Source: a virus. Taken from it: a stretch of DNA of 64,000 bases. Of this stretch, positions 8,942 through 24,300 are shown piece by piece (position 1 is the first letter of the stretch; every line of letters starts with the position of its first letter). The position numbers and the translations under genes are program-made. Where the stretch lies: the IMG/VR virus record IMGVR_UViG_3300025417_000566, positions 15,115-79,114 of that record. One strand, given 5' to 3'. The notes under the pieces were generated by a model. The model did no database searches and was not told the DNA's origin. It saw nothing but the letters and a program-made list of their open reading frames with translations.

Positions 8942-11900
8942 ATGGCAACAAGTTCACGACAAGCGGCATTATTTGGACTTAATGATTGGCAATCATTATA
9001 CCAAACCTATTCTGCGGCTAATTTTCAAAGTTACGATTATGAAACCCTTCGTAAGAGTTTCATTGATTATCTCCAACTATATTACCCAGAAACATTCAAC
9101 GATTACACAGAATCAAGCGAATTTATTGCCTTGCTTGACGTTATGGCTTTTATGGGCCAAGGTCTTGCATTTAGAAATGACTTAAACAGCCGTGAAAACT
9201 TTATTGATACCGCAGAACGTAGAGATAGCGTTATCAAACTTGCCAATTTAGTTAGTTATACTCCAAAACGTAACATTGCTGGACAAGGATTTATCAAGGT
9301 AACTAGCGTATCAACTACACAAAATATCCAAGACATCAATGGATTAAACTTAAGTAATCTACAAATTCTATGGAATGACCCTGCTAATCCAAACTGGCTA
9401 GAACAATTCAATACAATCATCAATGCCGCATTGATCACTTCACAGCGAATTGGTAAACCAGGTAACTCTCAAGACATTTTAGGTATTACAACAAGTGAGT
9501 ATGCAATTCAAATTCCTGCTACATCACTACCAGTAGTTCCATTTAACGCAACTGTTGACAATCAAAATATGAATTTTGAATTAGTCAGCGCAAGTAGTGT
9601 TGGGGAAGACTATGTATATGAAGTTCCCCCTGCACCAAGTGGTAAGTTCAATATACTATATCGCAACGACCAATTAGGTTTTGGTAGCCCTAACACAGGA
9701 TTCTTTTTCTATTTTGTACAGGGCAGTTTACAAAACTACGATTTCACATTACAACAGCAAATTTCTAATCAAAATATTGCAATTGGTAATATTCAAGGTG
9801 TCAACAATAGTGATACTTGGTTATATCAATTAAATAGCGATGGAACTAGAACTCCTTGGGTTCAAGTAGACAACGTATATGCAAATGCACAACTGCAAAC
9901 AGAATTCTCTAACAAAGATATTTTTTCTGTAACTTCAGGTTTCAATGATACTGTTACATACATCTTTGGTGATGGTGTGTTCTCTGCTATCCCAGTAGGA
10001 AACTTTAGAGCATATGTTCGTTCAGGTAACGCATTAACATATGTAATTCAACCTAGCGAAATGAACGGAATCAGCGTTTCATTCACATATCTTGACCAAA
10101 CAGGTCGCGCCCAAACAATTACATTTGGCTTGACATTAACACAAACAGTAAGTACAGCGCAAGCAAGAGAAACACTTGCAAGTATTAAACAACGTGCCCC
10201 AACACGCTACTATACACAAAATCGTATGGTCAATGGTCAAGACTATAATGACTTCCCGTACTCACTGTATAGTTCAATCATTAAAAGTAAGGCTATTAAT
10301 CGCAGTAGCATTGGTGCTTCAAAAAGTTTAGATTTGCTTGATCCAACAGGTAAATTCTCAAGCATTAATTGTTTTGGGGATGACGGTGCTTTATATCAAG
10401 ACACTACCCCTGGTTTTTATACACTTACAATTAATAGTACCAGTGATATTATCAATTTCTTTACTGGCGCACTATCAGCAGTATTGGCAGCAAACAGAGC
10501 AACTCAATACTATATTCAAAACTATCCTCGATATGCAATTAATTCATCTACAGTAACTGGCGCACCAGTATACTGGAGTACAGCACAAGTTAATGCAAGC
10601 ACAGAATCAGGTTATTTTTATGAAATTAGTGGTGCATTACAAATTCCACAACCAATTGGCATCTATGCTTCAAGTAATTTGAAGTATTTGTCACCAGGTG
10701 CAGTATTACAATTTACTGCTCCTAATGGATATTACTTTGACAGCAACAATAGACTACATGCTGGTATTGGTGGTGCAGGTACAACTACTACGATTTGGTC
10801 AACAATTACTAACGTTATTGGTGACGGTAGTAACAGTGGTACTGGTAACTTTAGTAACGGCACTGGTCCCGTAACACTTAGTGGGTATGTTCCTGATGGC
10901 GTTACATTAACACAAGTTATTCCAGCATTCAGCAATGCGGTGCCAACAACTGTTATTCAAGAGTGTGTGGTTCTTATGGAACTACAACAGAATTTTAGTT
11001 TAGTATTTGATAATTCAATTGCTATCAATCAACAACGTTGGTTTATTGAAGCATATGATTACCCAAACAGTTTTGTTCAATTCCAAAGCATGGGTAACAA
11101 CATTTACAGTATTACATATCAAGCATTAACATATTATTTTGGTAGTGTTGCAAGTACACGTTTTGCATTTAACCCTAACCAAGTTGTGTTTGATCCATAC
11201 TCAGGTAAAGTGTTACAAGATTTTATTAACATTTTACAAGTTAACTCACAACCAGATTCAAGTCAGCCTTTAGGCAATGATGTTGTAGTTAATATTCTTG
11301 GTCAAACTGTACAAAGCGATGGTTATGTAGATGACTTCCAAGTTGAAGTTGCGGCAACCAGTGTGGATAACAATCAATTAGTATTAAGCCCTGACTTCTT
11401 TAGTGAAGTCACAGGTTATGTAAACGGTGGAACAAACATTGGTGTATATGTGTTCTTTCAAATCGTAACCGATCCATTAAACTTACAACAAAATTATATT
11501 ATTCCTACAAGTAGTGTTTGCTATACATATCCTACAATCACACAGATTGAAGTAAACAAATATCAATATCCTGTTGGTCAGTTATTCTTTGCTTATAGCG
11601 AAACCAATGCACAAGGTGGTACAGGTAATTTCTATGTTTCTGTTCAAGAACCAAATGTAATAACACCATCATATACAATGGTATTGCAATCAGATTATAC
11701 TTGGAAAGCAGGTCGTCAAGGTCTTGCATTCCAATATCGTCACAACAGTAACAACACAACTAGAATTGATCCAGTGACAACTAACATCATTGATTTGTAT
11801 GTTGTAACTCAATCATATTATACTGCTTACACACAATGGGTAACTGATATTACTAACACAGTACCATATCCTTCAATGCCAACCATAAATGATTTAACAC

Positions 11901-12343
11901 AAGAATATGGAAAACTAGACGATTATAAAATGTTGAGTGATGCATTGATATTAAATAGTGTAGTGTTCAAACCTTTGTTTGGACCTAAGGCAAATAGTGC
12001 GTTGCAAGCAACTATTAAAGTTGTTGCAAATTCAACCACTAATGCAAGTGATAGTGAAATTAGAAGTGCTGTTTTAACTGCTATGAATAATTATTTTGAT
12101 ATTAACAATTGGAATTTTGGTGACACATTCTACTTTAGTGAATTGGCATCATATCTTCATAATGAATGCGGCGATTTAATTAGTTCTGCTGTATTGGTAC
12201 CAAATGATCCAAGTCAGCCGTTTGGAACATTATATGAAATCAAATGTTTACCTTATGAAATTTTCGTAAATGCGGCTGTACCTGATACAGTGGTAGTGAT
12301 ACCAGCAAATACCCCTGCACAACTTCAGGTAGGATACTTATAA
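8942..12343 (+). CDS. gp6: Baseplate wedge subunit gp6-like
   Basis: YDYETLRKSFIDYLQLYYPETFNDYTESSEFIALLD...ENFIDTAERRDSVIKLANLVSYTPKR, YIFGDGVFSAIP and ETLASIKQRAPTRYYTQNRMVNGQDY are gp6/baseplate-J hallmarks. Confidence 0.85.
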   Translation: MATSSRQAALFGLNDWQSLYQTYSAANFQSYDYETLRKSFIDYLQLYYPETFNDYTESSEFIALLDVMAFMGQGLAFRNDLNSRENFIDTAERRDSVIKLANLVSYTPKRNIAGQGFIKVTSVSTTQNIQDINGLNLSNLQILWNDPANPNWLEQFNTIINAALITSQRIGKPGNSQDILGITTSEYAIQIPATSLPVVPFNATVDNQNMNFELVSASSVGEDYVYEVPPAPSGKFNILYRNDQLGFGSPNTGFFFYFVQGSLQNYDFTLQQQISNQNIAIGNIQGVNNSDTWLYQLNSDGTRTPWVQVDNVYANAQLQTEFSNKDIFSVTSGFNDTVTYIFGDGVFSAIPVGNFRAYVRSGNALTYVIQPSEMNGISVSFTYLDQTGRAQTITFGLTLTQTVSTAQARETLASIKQRAPTRYYTQNRMVNGQDYNDFPYSLYSSIIKSKAINRSSIGASKSLDLLDPTGKFSSINCFGDDGALYQDTTPGFYTLTINSTSDIINFFTGALSAVLAANRATQYYIQNYPRYAINSSTVTGAPVYWSTAQVNASTESGYFYEISGALQIPQPIGIYASSNLKYLSPGAVLQFTAPNGYYFDSNNRLHAGIGGAGTTTTIWSTITNVIGDGSNSGTGNFSNGTGPVTLSGYVPDGVTLTQVIPAFSNAVPTTVIQECVVLMELQQNFSLVFDNSIAINQQRWFIEAYDYPNSFVQFQSMGNNIYSITYQALTYYFGSVASTRFAFNPNQVVFDPYSGKVLQDFINILQVNSQPDSSQPLGNDVVVNILGQTVQSDGYVDDFQVEVAATSVDNNQLVLSPDFFSEVTGYVNGGTNIGVYVFFQIVTDPLNLQQNYIIPTSSVCYTYPTITQIEVNKYQYPVGQLFFAYSETNAQGGTGNFYVSVQEPNVITPSYTMVLQSDYTWKAGRQGLAFQYRHNSNNTTRIDPVTTNIIDLYVVTQSYYTAYTQWVTDITNTVPYPSMPTINDLTQEYGKLDDYKMLSDALILNSVVFKPLFGPKANSALQATIKVVANSTTNASDSEIRSAVLTAMNNYFDINNWNFGDTFYFSELASYLHNECGDLISSAVLVPNDPSQPFGTLYEIKCLPYEIFVNAAVPDTVVVIPANTPAQLQVGYL

Positions 12344-12344
12344 A

Positions 12345-15300
12345 ATGGCAAATACAAATAGAGTTAGAACACTTAATTTCTTACCAGAAATTTTTCAGAC
12401 TACTAGCAACCAACAATTTTTATCTGCTACACTTGACCAATTAGTAAATCCTCCCAACTTACAACGTATTCAAGGTTACATTGGAAGTAAGTTTGGTTAC
12501 GGTGTTAACCCAAACGATTACTATGTTACAGAACCTACAAAAACTAGAAGAGAATATCAACTAGATCCAGGCGTTGTAATTAAAAAGACAAATGAAAATA
12601 CTGCAAAAGATTTTATTACATACCCAGGTATCCTTGACGCATTAAATCTACAAAACGGTGTTACTAACAATAACAATCGTTTGTTTAATAGTCAGTTCTA
12701 CTCATGGGATAGTTTTACCAATCTAGATAAGATCATTAACTTTAATCAATACTATTGGTTACCTTTTGGTCCACCTTCAGTAACAGTAGCATCACAAACT
12801 GTTTATTCTACAGAGCAATATGTTGTAACGTCATTAGACAATGGTTATAATATTCGTATTGCTTCAGCTGAAACAGGTGAAATTAATCCAACACTAACAT
12901 TGTTGCGCGGTGGCACTTACACATTCTTAGTTGATCAAGATACTCAATTTTGGATTCAAGGTCAACCAGGTGTAACTGGCTACAGTCCTACGCAAACTAA
13001 CTTATATACACGTAATGTATATGGAGTAGAAAACAACGGTGCAACTCAAGGTTATGTAACATTTACAGTTCCTGCCGCAGACGCACAAAACGAATATCAA
13101 TTTCCTGCTAGTGGTGTAAATCTTGATTTAGTATGTACTACACCATTTAGCCAAATCAACGGACAACTATTGTCAACAATAGGTGCAATTGATGGTGTCA
13201 CATCATTGCAAGGTCTACAGATTATGTTTTATAACACAGGAATTCCTAACGAAACTGGGTATGTACAAACATATTATTCTGAAACTTCATATGACACTAA
13301 TGATAACACATTAGTTCAACCTCTTACAATTTCAGTTAACCAAACAGCGGCTAATGTCTTTACATTAGCAAGTGGAACAAACGCATCATTAAATGTAAAT
13401 GACACTATTACATTTAACAATCCTACATTCGGTGGAGTAACTGCGGGTAGCGTATATTTTATTAATGGTTTAGTGGGAACAACAGGCTTCACTATTTCTG
13501 CTACATTAGGGGGTTCTATTTTAACATTGACCAACGCAACAGGTTTAATGACTGCTAATACAAATCAAGGTTTGTTAGAAGAGGGTTATTATACCACTGT
13601 TGCAAACAACTTCTATACAGTTGAATATGTTGGTGATCCTGCTAACCCAGTTATTAGATTGATTCCAAGTGGAGTTATTCCTACTAATCAAACTATTACG
13701 CCAGCATTTGGTGTACAGTATAATAATTTACCCTTCTATCGCAACACAGTGGGTACAATTGCAGAAGTACCTTATATTAGTGCGCCCCTAAACACATTAT
13801 ACTATCAAGATGGTACAAACGCTGACAGCGTTGGTGTTATTAAATTAATTGAAAGCAATCTTTCAAACACAATAAACGTTACAACTGACATTTTAGGACA
13901 AAAAACATTTACTAGCACAAATGGTGTTGTGTTTACAAATGGATTAAAAGTAAGTTTTGACGGTGACGTTATCCCAACAAGTTATTTGTCAGGTGAATAC
14001 TACGTAGAAGGCGTGGGTACTGCTATTGAGTTGATCCCAGTTAACTCATTGATCTGCCCTGAAGGATTTACTGAGGCAGTTTATAATCCATATGATTCTA
14101 CTAATTATGATATTGGTAACTGGGACTTAACAGACTTTGTTCCTGTATTACCTGATTACATTACTATTGCTAGAAATAGTATTAACAAAAACGCATGGTC
14201 ACGTAGTAATCGTTGGTTCCACATTGATGTAATTAATGCAACTGCATCTTACAACAATGATCCTACGATTCTTACAATTTATGCGTCTGCTACAGCAAAA
14301 GCACAACGTCCAATTATTGAGTTTTACCCTAACCTACAATTGTTTAATTCAGGTATTATTGGTAAACAAGCAGTTGACTTTTTTGACACAAGAACAACAG
14401 ATGCATTAACACAAGTTGCAGATCAACAAAACTACTATCCTGATATCCAAGTATATAGTACATATACAGCAACCGTTGCCGGGGTTACAAATGCAACATC
14501 AACTACAATTACAATTAACGCAAGTGCAGTAACAGGAACACTACAACAGTACCAATATATTACTGATTCTACAAACTTGTTGCCTAGAAACTCACAAATT
14601 CAATCAATTGCATTGAATAATGGAGTATACACATTAAATGTATCATGGCAAAATGCAACTACATTTAATACAACTACTGTAGCAAGTATTGTTGCTAGCG
14701 ACACAACTGTAAACAATTATGCATTGTTCTCAGGTGCTAGAGTTATTTTCTCAGCAGACCCAACAGTAAGCAACACAATTTTTGTTGTCAACTTGTCTAC
14801 TCTAACAACTGGCTCAACACCAGTTATCACAATGACTCCTGCTGAAGATAGCCCATGCTTAACAAATGAACAAGTTGCTGTGTTGCGTGGTTACTATCAT
14901 CAGGGTGAAAGTTATTATTATACTGGCACAAGTTGGGATTTAGCACAAGAAAAAACCAATGTAAATCAAGCACCTTACTTTGATATGTTTGATAGCAATG
15001 GTGTAAGTTTTGGCGACCCATCAGTTTATCATAGTACAACATTTACAGGTACTACACTATTTCAGTATGGTGTAGGTATAGGCTCAATCGATACTGTTTT
15101 GGGTTTCCCTATATCGTACAGTTCTATTGATAACCAAGGCGATATTCAGTTTGACGTAACACTTAACTCAGACACATTTAATTATGTGAACGGCGCCACA
15201 CCTATAACTGAAAATATTAACACAGGTTACGTTTACAACTACACAGTGGACAGAACATTGTTCAGACAATTGGGTTGGCAAACTGCTGTAGCACCTAGTG

Positions 15301-18300
15301 TACAATATCAATATTTTGAAATTCCATATAGCCCTGCTACAACAACATACACGTGTGATATTGCGGCATTAACTGGAACAGCGGCAACTGATGCTGTTTG
15401 GCCAGTGGTACAAGTTTATATTGACAACGTATACCAATCTCCAACCTCATATACATACACAGTAGGAACAAATTCTACTACTATTGTACTTCCACAACAA
15501 CCTTCAACTGCAACACTAGTTCAAATTCTATTGTTAAGTAATCAGGTAAGTACAACTGGATATTATCAAATTCCTATCAATTTGAGTAATAATCCATTGA
15601 ACACAAATATTACTGTTGCTAACGTTGGTGATATTCGCAATCAATATCAAAGTATTTTTTACAATAATCCTAATACAACAGGTCAAGTATTTGGCCCTAA
15701 CAACTATAGAGACTTAGGAGATATTGTTCCATATGGTACTGCTATTATTCAAAATAGCGCAAGTCTAGTATTGCCCGGAGCACTACTACGTGTACCTGAT
15801 CACAATTTATTCAATGCGTTATTGTATAACAGCCGTGAATATGTTAACTATAAACAATTAATTGTAAGTACAGTTAGCAACACAAACTTTACACAAACAT
15901 ATAACCCTGCGCAAATTTTAGATATTGCACTAGCGCAAATTACTCAATCTAAGAGTCCTAACCAATCATTCTTCTGGTCAGACATGATTCCTTCACAAGC
16001 GCCTTATAGAAGTAATATCTATACATTTAACAATGCACTAGACACATCAATCTACCCATTGTCACAAGTTTATAATTTTGAAACAGCAAATTATAATGGT
16101 GTATTGGTATATCGCACAACAAAGATTAACGATTATCAAACTGTTACTGAACAGTTAATTAAGGGTCAAGATTATACAGTAAGTACAACTGCACCTTCAC
16201 TTGAAGTTACTATTGAGTTGAATGCAGGAGACACAATTACAATTAATGAATATAATCAAACTTATGGAAGTTATGCTCCAAATACTCCAACTAAGTTAGG
16301 ATTATATCCCGCATTTGTTCCTGAAGTTGTCTTAGATAGCGACTACTATACACCTACATATTTTATTAAAGGACACGATGGTTCATTTACTAAGTTATAC
16401 GGTGAGTATATAAACGGTGTATTACAAGACTATCGTGACCAAGCATTATTAGAATTTGAAACACGTGTTTACAATAACTTGAAGTTAAGTAACACAATTC
16501 CAATTCAAGCATATGATTTGATTCCTGGTTATTTCAGACAGGGTACACAGCAATATTCTAATCAAGAATGGTTAGAAATGTACAGTACTAATTTCTTAAA
16601 TTGGATTGGTCAAAATCGTTTAAATTACAAAACACAATACTATAACACAAACGATCCATTTAGTTATAACTATACCAACTCAGGTAACAAGTTAGACAGT
16701 ACTCCAATTCAGCAGGGTTACTGGAGAGGTGTATATCAATATTTCTATGATACAACAACTCCAAATGAAACACCTTGGGAAATGTTGTACTATCCAAATC
16801 AACCAAGTTGGTGGACAGAACGTTATGGTCCTGCCCCATATACAAGTGATAACTTAGTGTTATGGAACGACATTGCAAACGGCGTTCGTTGGGAAGATGG
16901 TGTACCTGTAACAGTTCCTGAACTAGCACGTCCTGGCTTACTAAACATACTACCAGTTGATAGCGCAGGTAACTTAGTAAGTCCTTTTGTATCAATTGTT
17001 GGTAACTATAATCCTAACACATTCCAAAAAGATTGGGTTGTTGGTGATGATGGCCCAACTGAATTAAGTTACAGAAGAAGTAGCACATGGCCGTTTGATT
17101 TCATGAGACTTCAAGCATTGATGAAACCTGCTGAATTCTTTAACTTGGGTGTATGGGTTGACAATTACAAATACAATGCAGAGTTTAATCAGTACCTAGT
17201 TAATGATAGAAGTCACTTAGTGCCTAATGAAATTCCTGTATATGGTAGTGGCACAGCCGTAACCAGTTACTTGAACTGGATTGTTGACTTTGAAAAACAA
17301 CAAGGTATCGATGCTACAACAAATCTAACAACGTTATTCAACAACTTAGATGTAAGATTGGTTTACAGATTGGCTGGCTTCAGCGATCAAAATCAATTGG
17401 CATTCTATGTTGAAAAAGCAAGTCCAAACACAACAAGTTCATCATTGTTGATTCCAAATGAGAGTTATAATATTCTTTTATATGATAACCAACCATTTGA
17501 TAGAATCCCTTATAGTTCTGTTGTTGTACAACAAAATGATGGTTACTACACAGTATTTGGTAACGCACAACAATTTGCATACTTTACTGTATTGAACCCA
17601 GTTTATGATGGTCAAACTTATGCAATTGACATTCAGTCAGCAAAAGTTAAGGTAGCAAAAAACTATTCAACAAAAGAAACAATTGTTCCTTATGGTACAT
17701 CGTTTTACAGTACACAAGAACTTGCACAATTCTTAACTAGTTATGGAGCATGGCTACAAGATAGAGGTATGATATTCCAAGACATTCAAAATGGTCTTGA
17801 AGTAACATGGAATCAAATGGTTGCTGAGTTCTTATACTGGTCACAAACAGGTTGGGGTACAGGCTCAGTAATTACATTGAATCCTGCGGCAACACTATTG
17901 ACTATCGATAAAGTTGATTGTGTTGTTCAACCATTAACTATCCAAGATCAAAACTTTGTATTGAATCAAAACTTATATCCAATTCAATTGAAGGATATGT
18001 GTATTGAACGTAATGATACACAGTTTACATTACACGCATTAAATCAAGGTGATGCATTTAGTTATGCACAATTTGATCTAGGTAATTTTGAACACGGCAT
18101 CGTATTTGACAATACAACACAATTCAATGATACAATTTATAACCTAGTAACAGGTCTACGTCAAATTAGAATTAATGTGCGTGGTGCAAAAACTGCGGAT
18201 TGGAACGGTACTGTAAATGCTTGGGGCTTTATCTTGAATCAAGATAACGTACAAGAATGGTCACCTAACTTAAAATATACTAAAGGACAGATCGTTCTTT

Positions 18301-21300
18301 ACAAGAACAAGTATTGGGTAGCACAACGTGTTATCGAACCAACAGCAACATTTAATCAACAGAATTGGAAAGAAACAAATTACAATGCTGTACAGATAGG
18401 TATGCTGCCTAACCCATCAACACGATCATTTGAAAGTGCGTTATATTATAACACAAATGTTAGTAACTTGTCACAAGATGCCAACTTACTAAGTTATAGT
18501 TTGATTGGTTACAGACCAAGAGATTACTTAGCAACAGCAGATTTGACAGACGTTACACAAATTAACGTTTATCAAAACTTAATTAAAAACAAAGGAACAC
18601 GTAATGCAGTAAACGCATTCCAAGGTGTTACTTTACCACAAGGTGGTATTAGTTATAATGTCTATGAAAACTGGGCAATCTTGCAAGGTGAGTTTGGTGG
18701 TGTAGCAAATAACAATTTTGTACAATTTAGAATTAACCAAGCAAATATGACCGGAGATCCATCAATCTTTAGTTTAACTAATGGTGTGTATACTCCTGGC
18801 TCAATGCAAGAAATTCCTATCTATAGTTTATACAACTATAAACACAATATTGATAATCCAAACATCTTGTTAACAACAAATGATGCAGAACCTAGCACAA
18901 CAAACATTTATCCAGACGCAGGTTATGTAAACTTTAACGATGTTAAAATGTCAAGTTACTTCTACTCTGGATTACCTAGAGCAACTGATATCACTGGTCA
19001 AATTGTTCCTATTCAGAATTTCTACGTAAGAGATTATGTATGGTTGGCTAATTTCTTGAACACATGGAATGTATATTCATTAAAACCAATTGGTCAAGTA
19101 ATTCAAGTTAGAAACAATTTAAACAAAACAGCAACAATTACATTTGCAGAACCACACGGACTAAGCAAATTACAACCATTAGCAATCGTCAACTTTGCAA
19201 ACAATGTAGACGGATATTATATCGTTACACAAGTTGTAAATTTAAATGAAGTTATTATCAATCTCAATGTAGCAACTGCAAATCAAAATACATTGACTGG
19301 TCAAGGTATTGGTTTAATCTTTGAAACACAAAGAGCTGCAACACCTTCAGAAATTGGATTGTTAGACTTAACTGAAGCAGACTTTATTACAAATACAGTT
19401 TGGGTTGATGAAAACACAGACGGTAACTGGGCAGTCTATCAAAAGACTATCAATTATCAATACAATCAGCAATTAGAAAAGCCATATGCAACTAATTTTG
19501 GTACTGCTGTTTCATACTCACCTGAAATGGGATACTTAGTTAGCGATGCACCTCAAGGTAATGTTTATAGATATGTGTACGACCCATTATCATCACAATC
19601 AACAGGACAACCTGTTTATGACATATCACAAACGTTAACTGGTGGTACAAGTTTTGGTACAACAATTGTTCATCAAAATAACATTTATGCTATTAGTGAA
19701 CCAACAAGTGGTACACCAAAAGTATACATTTACGCATTAAATGATAGCACAGTTTCAACTGCGGCTATTCTCTATCAAACTATTGCGGCACCCGGTGGTG
19801 TAACTAATTGGGGTAGTGCATTGGCAATGTCAGGGGATAACAATTGGTTGTATATTTCTGACATAGCAAATAATAATGTTTACGTATATCGCAGAGAACA
19901 AGTTCTATTGAACGCTGGTTACTTTGTAACAGGACAAACATATACAATTCAAAGTATTGGTACAACAGACTTTACAGCAATTGGCGCAGTTGCAAACGAT
20001 GTAGGTATTACGTTCGTTGCTACAGGTGCAGGTACCGGTACCGGCACAGCGTTGCAAGTAACATATGCGCAATCAACTGTAATCAGTGGTTCATCAACTG
20101 CTGGTTCAGTATCAGGCGATAATTTCAGTGCTTCATTGTCAACTGACTATTATGGTCAAACATTATTTGTTGGCGCACCTGATGTAAATTACAGTTCAAC
20201 AATTGAAAATTGGGGTAGTGCATATGCATACCAAAGAACAGTTCAAAACGTTGAAGCACAACAAACTAGTGTTGCTGGACAAATTCAGTCATTTACATTA
20301 GGTTGGACACCAACAGCAGGAGCAACAAGAACAGCAAGTGCAACTAATGGTAGCACAAACTACATTACATGTAATGCAGCCATGACTGGCTTTGCAGTAA
20401 ATCAAGCCGTAGTCTTTAATGGTAGTAACTTTGCTAACTGTGGTATTAAGCCAAACGTTGTTTACTACATTGCTGGTATTTCAGGTTCAACAATTTCTAT
20501 CAAAACATCACGTTCATCAACAACGCCTGTGCAATTAACTACTGCTAGTGGCTTGTCATTTGGTGTGTATGTACAAGTTGATCCATTATATGTTACAGTT
20601 AACGGTACATTAGTACAAGACAACAACTATGGTGTAATTGGTAATCAATTTGTTTACAGTGGTGCATTGCAAGCAGGTGACATTATCAACATTAGTGATA
20701 ATCAATACACATTAGTACAAAACTTCAATTCACAGTTCAATGACAGAACCGGGATACATTATGGTTATGCAATGGACATGAACACATTTGGTACTGAAGT
20801 ATTAGTGGGTTCACCATTTGAAATCAATGACACTACAGGTGAAGAAGGTGCTACTTATAGATATACTAATGTTGGTGCCAAATATGGTGTTATTATTGGT
20901 ACATCTGTATGTAATTTGTTGTCATCACAATACTTGTTTATAAATGGATACTTGTTATTCTTGACAGCAGGTGATGCAACATCAATTGCTAACCAAATCA
21001 ATTCAAGCAAAATTACTAACGTACAAGCATCTGTAACAACTGATGGTATGTTAGTGATTCAAGTAATTGATAGCGAAATTGCACAACCTAACAATCAACT
21101 ATCAATCTCTGTTGTTAATGAAGATGTGCTAGATCAATTGGGTCTTGATGTATTTGTTAATACACAAGTTCTTGTGTCACCATATGCAGTTGGCCCAACA
21201 GAATTTGGTACAGCAATTAAATTCAATGAATCTGGAAGTGTAGTAATTTCTGCGCCAGTTGGCACACGTTATGAGTTCACATCATTTGACTTTACTGACA

Positions 21301-24300
21301 ACGGTACACCTGATTTAGACACCGTGTTTGATAATAACGCAACACGATTTGTTGACAGTTATCCAAACGCAGGTGCAGTATACATGTATGATTATCTTGG
21401 TAACTACAATGAAAATGTTGCAAACCCTGGACAATTTGTATTTGCTCAATCTGTAAATTCACAAAACACAAGTTATGGATTCAATCCATTATACGGTGCA
21501 AGCCTAGATTTTAACAACAACACAGTTGTTGTTGGTTCACCTGACTTCTTGCCAGGAGTATCAGATGGGCAAGTTGTAATCTATGACAACTCAGTTGGTA
21601 CACAAGACTGGGGCATTTATAGACAAAGCGCACCTATTGTTGATATCAACAGTATCAGCAACTCACAATTGTTTAGTGCTACATCAAACAACACACTAGT
21701 AAATCTAGATTATATCGATCCATTACAAGGTAAGATTCTTGGCTCAGTAAGACAAAATCTAGATTTTGTAACAAATACTGATCCTGCAAGATACAATAGT
21801 GATTTAGCAAGCCAAACAGGTTATGTTTGGGGAGCAAACGAAGTTGGTAAAACATGGTTTAATACAAACAATGTACGCTTTGTTAACTATCATCAAAACG
21901 ATGTAGTGTATAATAGCAAGTACTGGGGTCAGGTATTCCCAGGAAGTGATGTTGCCGTTTACACATGGGTAGCAAGCAATGTGCCTCCTCAGAATTATCA
22001 AGGTCCGGGTACTCCGTTAGACATTACATTATATGCTATTAGCAGTACATTAAACGCAAGTAGTGTTGTTGTACCTATCTATTATTTCTGGGTGCGTAAC
22101 ACAAACTTGATTTTTAGCGAAACAGGAAAAACTCTAAGCGATACTATTCTTGCGCAATACATTGCTAACCCACGTGGGTCAGGTATTAGTTTTATGGCTC
22201 CTGTATTACCAAACACATTTGCAGTTTATAACAGTTTAAGTTATTTCAATGGTACTGATACTGTGTTCAATATTGCATATAGTAGCAATCAAGATTCAGG
22301 AAGTGATATCTATCACCAACAATTTGCTCTTATTAAAGAAAATTATGCAGAAGATTTCTTGCCAGGATTCCCGCAGTATGCGTATATAAGCAGTGCTTTG
22401 AGTGAACCTAATGGTTTATATTTAAGATTTATTAACAGTTTGGCAGGATGTGACGATGCAGGTGGAGTAGTACCTGATCCATACTTACCAATTCAAGTTC
22501 AATCGGGTGTTCAAGTAAGACCAAGACAAAGTTTCTTCCTTGATAGATTCTTAGCACTTAAAAACTATTTGACATTTGCTAATGAAGTGTTAGCACAATA
22601 TCCAATCGTTGAACTAAGAGAAAATTTAGACTTCTTGTACACAGTAGGAGATATTAATCCTGGTACAGGCTTACCATACTACGACACAACTAACTATTGG
22701 GAATTTGTCAACTGGTGGGCTCCTGGCTACAGCGACAACACACGCTCTGTACTACAAGTTCCATTATACGCTGACTTAGCAACATTGAATGTAAGTGCAG
22801 GTACAATTGTAACTGTTGCACAAAACGGTGCAGGTAAATTTGAAGTTTATATTACTGACGGATTAGGAAACTGGACACGTATTGGTTTACAACAAGGTAC
22901 TATTCAGTTTAGTAGCGCATTATGGGATTACTCAAGTGCAGGCTTAGGTTGGGACGGAAACTTCTTTGATACAAACGTATTTGATTTGTACCCAAGCGAA
23001 GAAACACGTTATATTGTTCGTGCATTAAACGAGCAAATTTATACTGCGGACTTGTTGATTTATAGAAATCAAAGTTTGATTTTACTATTCCAATATATCC
23101 AAAGCGAAACAACCTCATCACAAAACTTCTTACCTTGGTTGAATAAAACATCATTGGTTGACGTAGATCATAAGATTCGTGAATTGTTACCACTTGAAGT
23201 ATATCAAGGTGACAATGAAGTATTCTTAGAAGGTTACTTAAATGAAGTTAAACCTTATCACGTAACTATCAAACAATTTAGTTTTAGTTATACAGGTAAT
23301 GATGTATTTGAAGGTAACATCACAGACTTTGATTTGCCAGCACAATGGAATAATACTTATCAAGAGTTTATCAGCCCTGAATTAGTTTATACATTACCAA
23401 ACAACGAATATGAATATTTGCCAAGCAGTTCAATTTGGCAAACAGAAGCATATAACCAATGGTATCAAAACTATGGCGTTTCATTAACTGGTCAAGATAA
23501 TTACAACATTACAACACTAGTTTCATACTTAACTCCAAGTTCTAAGTATATTATTGTTGATAACGCTAATGGTTTCCCAATTAATGGTACAATCACTATT
23601 GACGGCGAACAAATTGGATATTCATCAGTAGACCGTGCATTAAATCAACTAAGTGGATTAGTACGTGGATACAACAGTACTGTTGTTACTAACCATATCC
23701 CTGGTGCTAAAATTTATATTGACTTACCTGCTGTCTTACTATTGAGCGGTGGTAATGGTTATAGTAATCCTCCAAGAGTAACTGCGGTAATTGATGAAAC
23801 ATTATACCCTGCTCCAAGAACTCCTGCTGTATTAGAAGCAGTAATGAATTTAGATTCGGTATTGGAAATTAATGTTATTATCCCAGGTTCAGGATATCCT
23901 GTATTACCCACAATTGTTATTGAACCATCATCTACAATTTATTTTGCAAATACACAAGTCAATTCAGTATTGCACACTATTACAGTTTATGCACCTGATT
24001 TAGTAACAGGTTCACAAGTTCAATACTTTAACGATACATCAACAAATAATGGAGTTGGTGAGTTAGCAGACGGACAATGGTACTATATCAATGTCTTAGA
24101 AACCACTCCTACTGCGGTAGTTGCACTTTATGTAACTTATTCAGATGCAATCAATGATGCTAACAGAATTCCAATCTTTAATAATGGAACAGGTAGCGCA
24201 TTCTCATTGAATCTTGGTGCTAGAGCATCAGCAATTTCTACTGCTTACCCAGTACGTGAAAACAGTATTAGAATGAAGTTCGATAGAACTACATACAATT